Source: Octopus vulgaris
Taxonomy: Eukaryota
Assembly (NCBI GenBank): GCA_951406725.2
Contig: OX597814.1
Coordinates: forward strand, 24,366,001-24,430,000
Direction: 5' to 3'
Length of the DNA stretch: 64,000 bases
Part shown: in pieces, positions 26,560-38,680 of the stretch
Layout: the number at the start of each line of letters is the position of its first letter
Numbering within the stretch: the first letter of the stretch is position 1
Translations under genes and position numbers: made by a program
Notes under the pieces: model-generated
What the model was told of the DNA's origin: nothing
What the model saw: only the letters and a program-made list of their open reading frames with translations
Databases searched by the model: none

Positions 26560-27690
26560 TGAACAAAAGAGATACCTATAGAACAACTTAGTGCAACACA
26601 AGCAAGATGAACCCATCAACAGAACACAATCCCATTTCTAGTAACACACAATCCACATCACCAAAACATTTTTAATATCATCAAAACAAATTTGCCAATC
26701 ATGAAACAAAGTAACAAATTTTTAAAGTGTAATAACTAATCAAACACTTATCTTAAGCAAAAGGCAACCACATAACCTAAAGAAATTAATAATAAAGGCA
26801 AAATTCAACATAAACAAACAGGATAAAACATTCACAATATCTGAGTGTAATAACAGATGTGGAATGTGTTAATATATGCATAATGAACAGATTTTCTCAA
26901 ATGCAGTAATTTGATCTAAGGTATTAAATGTCCAAGTTGTTAGAAACTATAAACTGGTGAGACAGGGAAGGCGTTATTGGAATACTCATGAGTCCACAGA
27001 CAACAAATCTGAAACACTAATGTTTACCAAATTCTGTTGAGCAAACATTTAGAAACATGTGGTTAGAAAATGTTTCTAATTTTTCCTTTCTACAAACTAC
27101 ATGGCACAAGTGAAGTTGGAAGAAAGAAAAAAGAAAAACAGTTTATCAAAATGTTCAAACCTGTTCTGAACAGAAATAATAAAAATAATATAACAACCAA
27201 TTAATATTGTAGATTTTAAAATGCCTTTAACATATGAATAAAAACAAATTACAGAAGACTCCCACCAATTGAAATAAAAATTATCAAAACTAAGTTTGCT
27301 CAGTCATAAAACCATTACAAGTTAACTGCAAGCTAACTGGTTATAATAAAAGTGGGATCTATGCCAGTAAAATCAATACACCTGGCAAACTGCGACCAGT
27401 TTGGTCAAAACTGCATTCCAAAACTTCGGCTTTTTAGAGCCTTCTAAAAGATACAAAGAGAAAGAAGTCAGTCATTTTACTACACTTGTCAAAAACTCAA
27501 CTGTCAGTTAAATTCATTTTGAAATCTGATGATTACTACGAATGTATGAAAGTGCTAATTGAATTTTATGAACATTACAAAATATTTTTTTAATGTTTAA
27601 CATACATCGTTATAAAAAATTGGTATTTTTAAAAAAATACCGCCATAAAAAATGTGAAAACCAGACAGTGTCCTAACTTTATTCAACTGA
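26560..27690 (+). mobile_element. Penelope-like element 3' part: decayed GIY-YIG endonuclease plus 3' terminal region
   Basis: Frameshifted SNLI..IKCPSC..Y.TGETG..VHRQQI..LSKHLETCG..FLIFPFYKL..RKKKEKQFIKMFKPVLN. Hammerhead motif downstream. Confidence 0.8.
27510..27566 (+). ncRNA. Minimal type I hammerhead ribozyme motif
   Basis: aau-CUGAUGA(27526-32)-u uac uacgaau gua u-GAAA(27548-51)-gugc-UA-auu. Stem I extends via aauuca/ugaauu; stem II is weak. Confidence 0.65.
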
Positions 27691-28370
27691 TATATATATA
27701 TGTATATATATATATAAAATGCTGTTGGTGTTGGTATTAGAAAGGGCATCCAGCCATAGAAACCATGCTAAAGTTGACATGGGGCATGATGCAATTCTGT
27801 GGTTGACTCAACCCTGTCAAAGCATGTCATTGAACCTGAAATTCTTTATACGCCAAAAATAGATTCTGGTATATTTTCTTATATGTCTCAAGGAAATGAA
27901 ATTCATAGTAAACTAAGTTATGACTGAAGACTGTACTATCTTTCATGATATTAAGTTTACAATCAGTCTCTCTGCTTAATATGACTATTGTCTTTGTGAG
28001 CTCTTTCCAGTTTGTTTATTTAGATTTGTCCTTTTAAACTAACAAAGCATTTGTCATGTATGGGGACCCTCTTTACTTGCTTGAACAGTGATACAAACCT
28101 TTCTTGAACAAGATGTACTTTCTTATGTTGTAATTGTTGCTTAGTCACAAGTCACTATCATGGTACGTACCTATGATTTAATGTGGTAAGGTATGACATG
28201 AGGGAATTTTTTTACTATTTCTAGCAGGTTAAATGACTGTATACATGTCAAAAAATTTGGCTTTGCATATGCAAGCTCACTACAGTGTAGTGTCATTAAT
28301 AAGTGAGCAGACTCGTACTTCAGTGATTCTACCATTTGTAACTGTCTTTTCCACTTACTTTCTTTTATAG

Positions 28371-28563
28371 ATGTGAATCAGCTGTTGGGAGAAAGAGAGA
28401 ATGGGCAGTGGGGAGTGCAAGAGAAAAGGAAAGAGAAAGAGAGACAGACAAATGAAAGAGAGGGAACTTCCCACTCCTCTCTTTGTAATACATTCTCTTT
28501 CAATGAGCCAAATTTTAATCATTCTGTTTTATCTCTTTGGAAGATTAATAGTTTCAGATAGAG
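28371..28563 (+). other. Candidate non-coding exon
   Basis: Polypyrimidine tract plus TAG acceptor at 28370 and GAG|GTAAGA donor at 28563/4. Stops in all three frames. Confidence 0.3.
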
Positions 28564-29374
28564 GTAAGAATGAGCTTTTTTTATGTACTTAAAAAATACA
28601 AAACAAAACAAGCAGGTGAAATGTCTAATATTTATTTTCATAAAAAATTGTTTCAGTTATATTAATTTACTAGAAGTACTAGTATCTGGTCTGCCAAGGT
28701 TCTAGGTAACCATTGGCTACATGCCAAGCATTGGTAGAGTAACATGCGTTATTGAATGTACTAGTGAAAGAAATCCTCAAAGTTAGTTTTCAACCTGCTA
28801 GAAATAACAGTCAAACTACTCTTAAGTCACAACTTACAACCTTATAAGATTGAAGGGGATTAGACAATCTAAACCTAGACATAGAAAGAAAAGATTGTCA
28901 AGGCTGAAATAACTTTGATCATAAGTCTGTTTGTACAGAACAGAATAAGTGCTGTAGAGCAACAATTGTCAGTACTTAAGTAGGTACAATTTAGCTTACT
29001 TTATTTAAAGTTGATGTAAGTAGGTATCGTTTCCCTTTATTATTAAGTTGTTACAATCAGAAGGAGACTTAAAATGTGATATGGGCTGTATCAATTCATA
29101 AATATTTTCAGCTTTATTTATCTAATACTTGACTGGAAAACAAGTATTTGTATATTGATATTTTAATGAGGCGTAAGATGTTGATGTTGTATGGAAGTAA
29201 ATTAGAGTATTTCATGATAATTTATTAATTATTTTATATATACAGTGAACAATATATAATGTCATGTCACGTGTTAAAGGTTCATGACATGTCTAATGGT
29301 CAAAGTGAGATAGGATAGTTTGTATAATTAGGGTGAAGCAAAAACCACATAGGGTATTTTTAGCTGAAGATATT

Positions 29375-29582
29375 TTATTTCTTTATTGCCCACAGGGGGC
29401 TAAACATAGAGGGGACAAACAAGGACACACAAAGGGTTTAAGTCGATTACATCGACCCCAGTGCATAACTGGTACCTATTTAATCGACCCCGAAAGGATG
29501 AAAGGCGAAGTCGACCTCAGCAGAATTTGAACTCGGAGCGTAATGGAGAGACAAAATACCACTAGGCATTTTGCCAAGTGTT
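29375..29582 (-). mobile_element. SINE family B
   Basis: Reverse-complement match to 12510-12730. Confidence 0.9.
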
Positions 29583-32167
29583 ACAATATATGTCAATATA
29601 TGTCCGTTGACATATTATCAATAGACATATATCATGAAATAAATACACACACATCAAAACACACACATATTGCTACATAAATTGTAATTAAGCTTTTAAG
29701 TTTTTTTAAGCTGTATGTCCTAATTTACATCATATTCAACATCTTGTGGCTGACTGTTATGTAAAGCAAGATTTCATGAGAGCTTGTGCTTCTAAACATC
29801 AAATGAAGAAGTGAGTTGTTTCAGAAACATCTAGATGTGTTTCTTTGAATATTTGCTAGACATTTACAGCTAATTTATAATTAGTTGTAAAGCATTTTTA
29901 GCATAATGAATAAGCAGCATAAGTAGATAAATTAAAAGATACCTTCTAATATATTCTAATTTATCTAAGTAATCTACACATGCAATCACAGACACACACG
30001 CATATATAGACACATTTCATGGGCTTTCACACAGTTTCACTCAGTTAAATTCCATTCACAAGGTATTACTGAACTTGAGGCCATGATAAAAGATTCTTGC
30101 CTAAAATGCTTCAAAGACAGACTGAACCAGTGACCGGGTCATAACAATTCAACCGTCTTAATTATAACATCCATGCTTGCACCAAAATGCATTTTATCAA
30201 TCTGGAATTAAATCATTAGATTCATATTTTCTCTTGAGGTCTAGTTGAACTACAATGATTTCAATTGCATATAATACTCAAGTCCTGCTCTCCATTTGCA
30301 AAGAATGTTTTACTACATAATACCCTATCAAAAACTGTAGAATATTTTAATCCAATATGGGAACTTATTGGATTGTGGAACCTGGTAACTATAACAACCA
30401 AATCTCCCTTATATCTCCCAATAGGGTATTGCTTTACCTGCTAGGTATGGCTGGCAAATGTCTATTACCTCATACTAGGTGATTGGTATGAGGTATTCTA
30501 GGTATAGCAGCTAAATCCCTCATGTATCTCTTCCTGTTATCTTAAATAAGAATACACTGGAGAATATATATTGGAAAGTATATTAAAATATGGGATGTTC
30601 TAACTTTTGGCCATTAGTCTGGTGGACATTTTATTGCTTAGTCAGTGGGGTGGAATGGCAGTGCCCATGACCCCTTATTTTTGAGAGTCTATGCGACTTA
30701 TGGAATGAAAGGAGGCAGGTTATCATCAAACTATAGGTTTGTGCAAATTCTGTTTAAGTCCCATATTGATCAGGTGGTGATGTTAGACTGAATGACAGAT
30801 TAACTCAAGAATGTAAGAAGCAAAGAGTCAGAACACTGCTGCAAGGCATCCCATCCAATATTTTAACTCTTCTACTAATCCATCAACTTGGATCAGAGAT
30901 CAGTGGTTGCTCCAGAATCAAACATCAACAACCTGCGAAAATTTCCAACAATTCTAAAAGTATTTTAAGTAAAAGTTTCAATTATCAATCATTTTTACTG
31001 ATAATTTTCTTGTATTTTTATCTTAAAATCATAATAGTGTTACATTATATGGATGAGTTTTTTTAAGTCATGTTTTGTAGAGACCACTTTCACAAGTAAG
31101 ATCTAATTTAGTAACTGCTGCTTTCAAAACAGCAAATACATAAATCCAATTGTATTTGTTTATCTGTATAACAGTTATGTTTTGCATATGTGCATTCACA
31201 TGTTATACCTGTAAGATTATGCACATGCTAATATATATATACAAGATTGTGTTGTGACAATGAAAGGAGAGTAAATTTTCACTTAGTTTTACTGTAAACT
31301 TGTTTACAGCTAAAAGTAAGTATCTATGGAAGAAAGATCATTTAAGATATGTGAAAATTGTAACTCTTTCAAAACTTCCAGTTCTGTTTTTCTGACAATC
31401 AATGTGATCAATATCTTTGCTTCAAGATGCTAGTTTAGTTTTCTATGATATAATTTGATGTTCACTCAGGACTGTAACTGTATGCATCTCACTATATTTC
31501 CACTTAATTATTAGCAATGTTTCATATTCTCTATAAAACTTCTCCAAGGTTTACATTTCCTCTTTACACTCTTGTACTTAACATTTATTTTCTTGCTGCC
31601 CACCTTTCTATTTTATCTCAAAATAGATCATTGATTTTTTCCCCTAGATTTTTCTTATTTTTTCTAGGTGATGTTATTTATTTACTTCCTTTTTTTTTCT
31701 CAAGTAGTCCTCACCATAAAAAAATACAGGATATTTTCTCCTAAATTATAAGCTAAACTTCTAACTGACCTTGTTATCTATAATAACTAATTTCAAGTGA
31801 TGTTTCATATACATATTTATTGATAGCAGTGATATATAATTTGTTTCATCTACATCTCTGTGGCAAACACATTACTATTTCATCTCTGTAATATCACAAA
31901 GACAATATATTTTAAAGCTCTGTTTTTTTTAATCACATACTGTATCATAATGTTTGGTCCTTGTTTTTCCATGTTTTCATTTCAAAGGGATCTCTTCAAA
32001 GAAATGTTGATGTTTTGGATGATGATACAACGAGAATAGTAATGGCAATGACGATGACAATATAAATCAATACTGATATTAACAATGATTTTAGACATCA
32101 GTTCAGTGTTAGTATATATTTAATGATTTCATAAATACTGATCAATAGTGGTGTTGGTGACAAGTTC

Positions 32168-32398
32168 CTTATTTCTTTATTGCCCACAAGGGGCTACACA
32201 TAGAGGAGACAAACAAGGACAAACAAATGGATTAAGTCGATTACATCGACCTCAGTGTGTAACTGGTACTTAATTTATCGACCCCGAATGGATGAAAGGT
32301 AAAGTCAACCTCGGCGGAATTTGAACTCAGAACATAACAGCAGACGAAATACTGCCAAGCATTTTGCTGACGTGCTAACATTTCTGCCAGCTCGCCAC
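32168..32398 (-). mobile_element. SINE family B, full length
   Basis: On the minus strand it runs from the head GGTGGCGAGCTGGCAGAA to the tail CAATAAAGAAATA. Confidence 0.93.
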
Positions 32399-32540
32399 CG
32401 TGTTGGTGACAAGTTTCTAATGACTAATCAGATTCATTGCTTTTGTGTTAACAAGAGATCAGGGAGTATCTGTAACTTAGTGAAGAACAAATGTTGCAAA
32501 GAATTTTTTCGTCCATGTGCATTGTTGGTTTATCTTCTGT

Positions 32541-32683
32541 CTTTTATCTTTTACTTGTTTCAGTCATTAGACTGTGGCCATGTTGGGGCACCACCCTGAA
32601 TGGTTTTAGTTGAACAAATTGTTTTCAGTACTTTTTAGTACAAACCAACACCAATTGTCAAGCAATATTGGGGGTACAAACAT

Positions 32684-32742
<59 letters not shown>

Positions 32743-32895
32743 CATATATAAATATATATGCAACAGGCTTCTTTCCATTTTCATCTAGAAGTCCACTCAC
32801 AAAGCTTTGGTCAGCCTGAGACTATCATAGAAGATACTTGCTTAAGGTGTCACACAATGAACTAAACGCAGAACTATGTTACCACACAGCCATGC
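32541..32895 (-). mobile_element. SINE family A, diverged and internally deleted
   Basis: Sequence match. Confidence 0.85.
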
Positions 32896-33199
32896 TTAGT
32901 TTTTTTTTTGCCATTTTTGTCTTCTCACCAGTGTCAGCATCTTTCACTGATACACTTTGATAGAAGATATACCTGTACATATATATAGAAGATTTCTGAA
33001 GTCTTCATCAACCAAATTTCATTCACAAAGGATTAATCCACCATAGATTATATTCAATGACAAGCCTAAAGTACCATATAGTAGAATCAAACCCAGAACC
33101 ATTTGGTTGAAAAGCAAAATTTTAACTACACAGCATAGTTTTCCCATTGATACAATCATGTGGAAATGGTTTATATGGTGATATGGGTTACAGTAATAT

Positions 33200-33378
33200 A
33201 GGCAGATGGATAATACTGGTGTTTTTGAAAAGGTACAAAGGTTATAGTAATACTAATGGGAGCATCATTTAATGTATCTGGTTTGCAAGATTCTTTATGT
33301 GAATTTGTGTGTTGAAACAGATTTTGTTGTGTCTAGGGATTAGTCAATATGTCAATGTAATTAACTCCCTAGACACAT
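33200..33378 (-). mobile_element. Second copy of repeat family P3 (see 60547) ending in a short fold-back
   Basis: 33277-33340 is the reverse complement of 60805-60868. TGTGTCTAGGGA/TCCCTAGACACA inverted repeat. Confidence 0.7.
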
Positions 33379-34011
33379 CATTTAATGGTTTTGTCAAATT
33401 GCTTTATAGGAATGTTTTCATTTATTAACAGTTTGGTCAAGTCAGAGTCAAATATTTTTCTGAATATATAACATAATAGAAGGCAGAATAAATACTGAAC
33501 ATAGTTCGACCACTTTTCATGAATATTTTTAACACATTAACCGTCACATGTATGACTGGTGATTCATCATAAACTTCACACAACCACCATATACACCATC
33601 AGCGCTACATTTTCATAATTTGAGAAAATTTTTTATTCGGTATCTTTGACATGGTTTTGAGGAGATTTAAATAACACGAGTTTTAAATATTAAAGTTTAA
33701 TTATGAAATATTGTAAAAATGCTTTTAATGCAGAACAAATATTGCATTTTAAAAACTAGAAATGAGATGATTAAGAGCATAAGGATCAGTTCATTCTGCA
33801 ACCTAAGACTCATAAGTGAAACTACATATCAAACTAGGTCCTTTGCATTGATAGTGGGAACTACCTCATATTTATTCATCTAAATGTTATTGGTGCTTAA
33901 CCATAAGCCACTTTTTCTCTTCTATATTAGGCATGTTTGCCATCATCTGAACCAGTGGTTACTCTTGTGCAGATGAAATTGCCTTTCATTCTTCTCTAAC
34001 TTTCCACATGC

Positions 34012-34126
34012 AATCATAATCCATATGTAGTCTAAACACTCGCATGAAATATGCCCTGACTCCATCAGAATCATAATCCATATGCAGTCTAGATACTTAC
34101 ATGAAACATGCTCTGACTCCATCAAA
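34012..34126. repeat. 57-bp tandem duplication
   Basis: AATCATAATCCATATG...CTGACTCCATCA starts at 34012 and at 34069. Confidence 0.9.
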
Positions 34127-34439
34127 AGAAAACTCAAAAGCATCTTACATTAGGATTATGACAATTTTGTTCCCTTCAATAGCCGAAAAAAAATAAAAAT
34201 TGCATATATCAAGTAAACATCACTACACTTAACTCTTTATGCAATTGAAGCATGCAAGTAGAGCCCATGGAATTCCTCTCAGAGCCAGAAAATATTTCAT
34301 CCCAGTCAAAACTGGTAAACTCCAGTTAGCTCAAGTAAAACCTACAATAGAATACTTCTCTCATACCTAGAAGGGCATTACTACAACACACACAGATATC
34401 CTTATCTATGTTCCTTGAAAATCCATATGGCTATGGTTG

Positions 34440-34735
34440 GCATGATGCCACTCATAGATACACTACAGTCATTGCTTCACAGACTTGCTGGCTCTTCTCC
34501 CTGCCATTTTCTTACACCACAGCAGTGGATTCTGCTTCATATCCACCTAGGTGCTCTTGACTTATTCGTCTCTCTTCCTTTTATCTCCTATGTTGTGTCA
34601 AATTGTCCAGGTCTCTCACTATCCAGTCCTTTCCCCCACTTCTTTGGAATTCTCTCCTTGCGCTTGTCTTTCCTGCTAATGTTTAATCAAAACATTAGTG
34701 ACATCAATATCATTAATCTCAGAGATTTCTGCAAA
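34440..34735 (+). mobile_element. CR1/Jockey-like LINE 3' remnant
   Basis: Decayed LQSLLHR...LWNSLLALVFP motif. Confidence 0.45.
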
Positions 34736-34743
34736 TCTTATAG

Positions 34744-35045
34744 TCACAGGAGCAGCTATGTGGTAAGAAGCTTGCTTCCCAACCACATGGTCGCAGGTTC
34801 AGTCCCACTATAGCCTCGGGTCGACCAAAGCCTTATGAGTGGATTTGGTAGACAGAAACTGAAAGAAGCTCGTCATATGTATGTATTTGTGTGTTTGTGT
34901 TTGTCCCTCCACCAACACTTGACAACTGATGTTGTTGCATTTACATCTCCATAACTTTGCAGTTTGGCAAAAGAACCAATAAAATAAGTACTAGGATTAC
35001 AAAGAATAAGTCCTGGGGTTGATTTGTTCAAATGACTGAAACAAA
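34744..35045 (+). mobile_element. SINE family A, internally deleted
   Basis: Sequence match. Confidence 0.9.
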
Positions 35046-35257
35046 TCTCAATTAAGCAATCCTGTGACCAGAAGCATTCCAGCTATGACCATCCTGATAT
35101 ATTATGGATGTGTATCTAAAATAATTTTACTCAGTGTGTCCTTCCATGTTTGAGACAGTAGACTTTGATTTGATGACTATTTGGCTGTTGTTTTTAGCTG
35201 GTCGAGTGACTGTGTAAAAGCTCTTACATAGCCTCAAGATATTAATGAATAGGTTAT

Positions 35258-35655
35258 ACTCTTTTACTCTTTTACTTGTTTCAGTCATTTGACTGTGGCC
35301 ATGCTGGAGCACCGCCTTTAGTCGAGCAAATTGACCCCGGGACTTATTCTTTGTAAGCCCAGTACTTATTCTATCGGTCTCTTTTGCTGAACTGCTAAGT
35401 GACGGGGACGTAAAAACACCGGCATGGGTTGTCAAGCAATGCTAGGGAGACAGACACACAAACACATACATATATATATATATACATATATATGACAGGC
35501 TTCTTTCAGTTTCCGTCTACCAAATCCACTCACAAGGCATTGGTCGGCCCGGGGCTATAGCAGAAGGCACTTGCCCAAGATGCCACGCAGTGTGACTGAA
35601 CCCGGAACCATGTGGTTGGTTAGCAAGCTACTTACCACACAGCCACTCTTGCGCC
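35258..35655 (-). mobile_element. SINE family A, full length, young
   Basis: Sequence match. Confidence 0.96.
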
Positions 35656-36492
35656 TATGTATAATTTGTAAAATATCAAGAGAATTACAAATTGCTCAGT
35701 TACAAAACAGGATGTAAAATATCTAGAATGTTCTGTTGGTAGCTGATTGATAACAATTGTTCAGTTTGGAAAGAGATGCTAGCCACTTTTTGTAGTTGTA
35801 TATTCCCTGACATCTTTCTTTTCTTGGAAGTAACTTCAGGTATATGAAATGAACCAAACATTGATTTGCATTGTTTTGACAGGAACAATGTGGTGATTTA
35901 TTTAACTGCATGATTGAAGAGTTGGGGAATTGTTACCTGTTGATGTTTCTCCAGTTTCAAACTGGAAGGTATCTTGGACTCTTTGGGATTCTAGTTCAGA
36001 GATGATGTGTCCATATTTTGTTAAATTTAATTGGTATATTTTATCTGAGATGCATTGTTCATTCATACAGTGAAGACAGTATATCCACATTTACTGCACA
36101 CAGTATACCTTCTTACTGTCAGCTGCTCATTGATACTACAGTTCATATTTTAGAAAATAGTGTAGGCATATCAGCTTGGTTTCATAATCCTTATATTTAT
36201 AAAGTAAATTAAGGCCTGGAATTTAAAAGTTATAAATTCAAGATTGATTATCTCTCATGTACCTCTCCTTTCATAGGTTGCTAATTCGTACTTATCATTA
36301 GTGTTGAAATGTGTTTATTTGGAGTTATTGAAATTTTCCATTCCTTTTTAATATATTTTCAAATTAAATATTAAGAAGCACTTCTAATGCTAACATTAAT
36401 ATTTGAATCTTTCCAAGACTAACTTTTTAATTGAACTTAATTGCTTATAAACTGAAATCCTCTTTAAAATCTGAATAACATTTGCGATATTG

Positions 36493-36876
36493 ATAAATCT
36501 CAGAGTGAGTTATAAACAGTAGCGGTAACACATCATGACGCATATTTGCCATTTGAATATGGCTAACCCATAAGGGTGGATGCTACTGTAGTTTGTAGCC
36601 CAGGAAGATATCTCCTCCAGCTGGCTATAGACACACTATCTGTGTCCTCTCAGTATTTGTGAAGGGGAGTCATCCTCCCTGTCTTCAACACATGATACAC
36701 ACGTACCCGAGTTTCAAGGTGTTTACCTTTCATCAGCATGTGACGTGAGATAGACACACTATCTGAGAGGACACAGATAGTGTGTCTATAGCCAGCTGGA
36801 GGAGATATCTTCCTGGGGCTACAAACTACAGTAGCATCCACCCTTATGGGTTAGCCATATTCAAATGGCAAATATG
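36493..36876 (-). mobile_element. Non-coding fold-back retroelement (family P1, Penelope-like/retrozyme-like) with 14-bp TSD
   Basis: CATTTGCGATATTG at 36479-36492 and 36877-36890. Arms 36540-36653 and 36763-36877 differ by one indel. Hammerhead in the spacer. Confidence 0.88.
36698..36742 (-). ncRNA. Minimal type I hammerhead ribozyme, intact core
   Basis: Minus strand: cacaug-CUGAUGA-aaggu aaac accuu-GAAA-cucggg-UA-cgugug. Stems I and II are fully paired; GUA cleavage triplet. Confidence 0.85.
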
Positions 36877-36984
36877 CATTTGCGATATTGTTATTCAAGA
36901 AATGACAAAAAAAAGCTGTTTCAGCATTTCGAAACATTAATCAGTTTATCAGTTAAATATGGATGCCATTCAAACATACCAACA

Positions 36985-37356
36985 GGCACTGGAGTGGCTG
37001 TGTGGTAAGTACCTTGCTAACCAACCACAAGGTTCCGGGTTCAGTCCCACTGCGTGGCATCTTGGGCAAGTGTCTTCTGCTATAGCCCCGGGCCGACCAA
37101 TGCCTTGTGAGTGGATTTGGTAGACGGAAACTGAAAGAAGCCTGTCGTATATATGTATATATCTGTGTGTATTTGTATGTCTGTGTTTGTCCCCCTAGCA
37201 TTGCTTGACAACCGATGCTGGTGTGTGTACGTTCCCGTCACTTAGCGGTTCGGCAAAAGAGACCGATAGAATAAGTACTGGGCTTACAAAGAATAAGTCT
37301 CGGGGTCGATTTGCTCCAGCATGGCCGCAGTCAAATGACTGAAACAAATAAAAGAG
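36985..37356 (+). mobile_element. SINE family A, near full length, young
   Basis: Sequence match. Confidence 0.96.
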
Positions 37357-38475
37357 TTATATCCACTTTTAAAAAATATTTCGCATGTGTTGAATGGTTT
37401 TTAGCTTCAGCGTCTTCTTATATAAATGCTTGCAGTTTCTACTGCTGTCAACTCAGTCCTGAAATAGGAAGCAAAACCTATATTATTATGTCAGTCAGGG
37501 ATGGTTATGTTCTTTGTTCAGGAACAAACAGATAAGCAATAATAACAATGAACTTATGGCTATGTTTCCAGTAGTCCAACTTCACAGCTGTAGTACACCT
37601 TATATAAAATATAAACCATTATAGTGTACTAAAACTTGTATTTCTATAACAGCTTTAAAAAAAGCAGTTTCAAACAGTATGAAATATCTAAATTACTGTT
37701 CACAGCAACATATTCCCAAACGTTTGTTACAGAACATACTAATAAATGGTAAACGGAAAGATTTCAACATCAATATGTGATATATCAAATATATTTCAAT
37801 GTAATAACTTCTTAAAATTCTCCTATGCAATATATTTTTGTGATATATGCTGATATACGATATCTAAAATTCTGACCACTCTAATGCTTGTACGATTTTG
37901 ACCTGTACAGATTACTGAATGAATCATAATAAATCAAAGAGCAACATTGCAGGCTATGTGTAAATATATTCCCCAAACTCCATTACAACATTTTGTTTCC
38001 AATCTATATTTCCATAATTTTACACTTGTATTCTGAATTCAGCAATGTTCAGAAAATAGAATATTAAGTAATCTTGTTATCATCTACAATACTGCCTAAC
38101 AATAATGTCTGTTACTAGATTACTCTGTTTAACAATAAAACAAATGTAATGGGTTCTAAGACAGAGCGTCAATAAATTCTTTCCCTAATGTCATATCAGC
38201 ATGGCCTGCTCTGAAATACTACATTCCCTGCATTTTGTTTGGCAATTTATAGTAAAGTTGTGTGTGGGTGGGTGTGTAAATATATATATATTTATATATA
38301 TGTAATGAACATTTTACATTACTATTTTCTATTTAGTTGGAAAAAGCTGACTTTTTCTGATACAACTTTAGTTTGACAACCAGTATCTAAGTTTACAAAT
38401 GTATTTAGTGTTTAATAGGTTCTTAAACTGAAAATCACAAATTCAAATCTTACCACGACACATACAATGTCTTAG

Positions 38476-38680
38476 CCCTTTCGTTACCAACCCAACTGAA
38501 ATCAGCTCTAACGCTGAGTGCAAATGTCTTGTTTTCATGAGTTTTGAATTAAAATCTTCCACTGTTTATGTTCCTAACACTAGCTAAATGATAACTAAGT
38601 TATTTTACTAAATTCTTTGTTATATTTAAAGTAATTGAAAGTAATACAGAGCATCTCAAAATAATACAGTAACGAAAGTG
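38476..38680. mobile_element. piggyBac-like MITE
   Basis: TTAG|CCCTTTCGTTAC ... GTAACGAAAGTG|TTAA. Confidence 0.8.

Noticed and set aside
34012-34126. 57-bp repeat as a CRISPR-like or coding repeat
   Set aside because: Only two adjacent units, no spacers, eukaryotic context and no supported exon.
35700-36210. Possible decayed retroelement coding sequence on the minus strand
   Set aside because: No diagnostic motif could be read with confidence.
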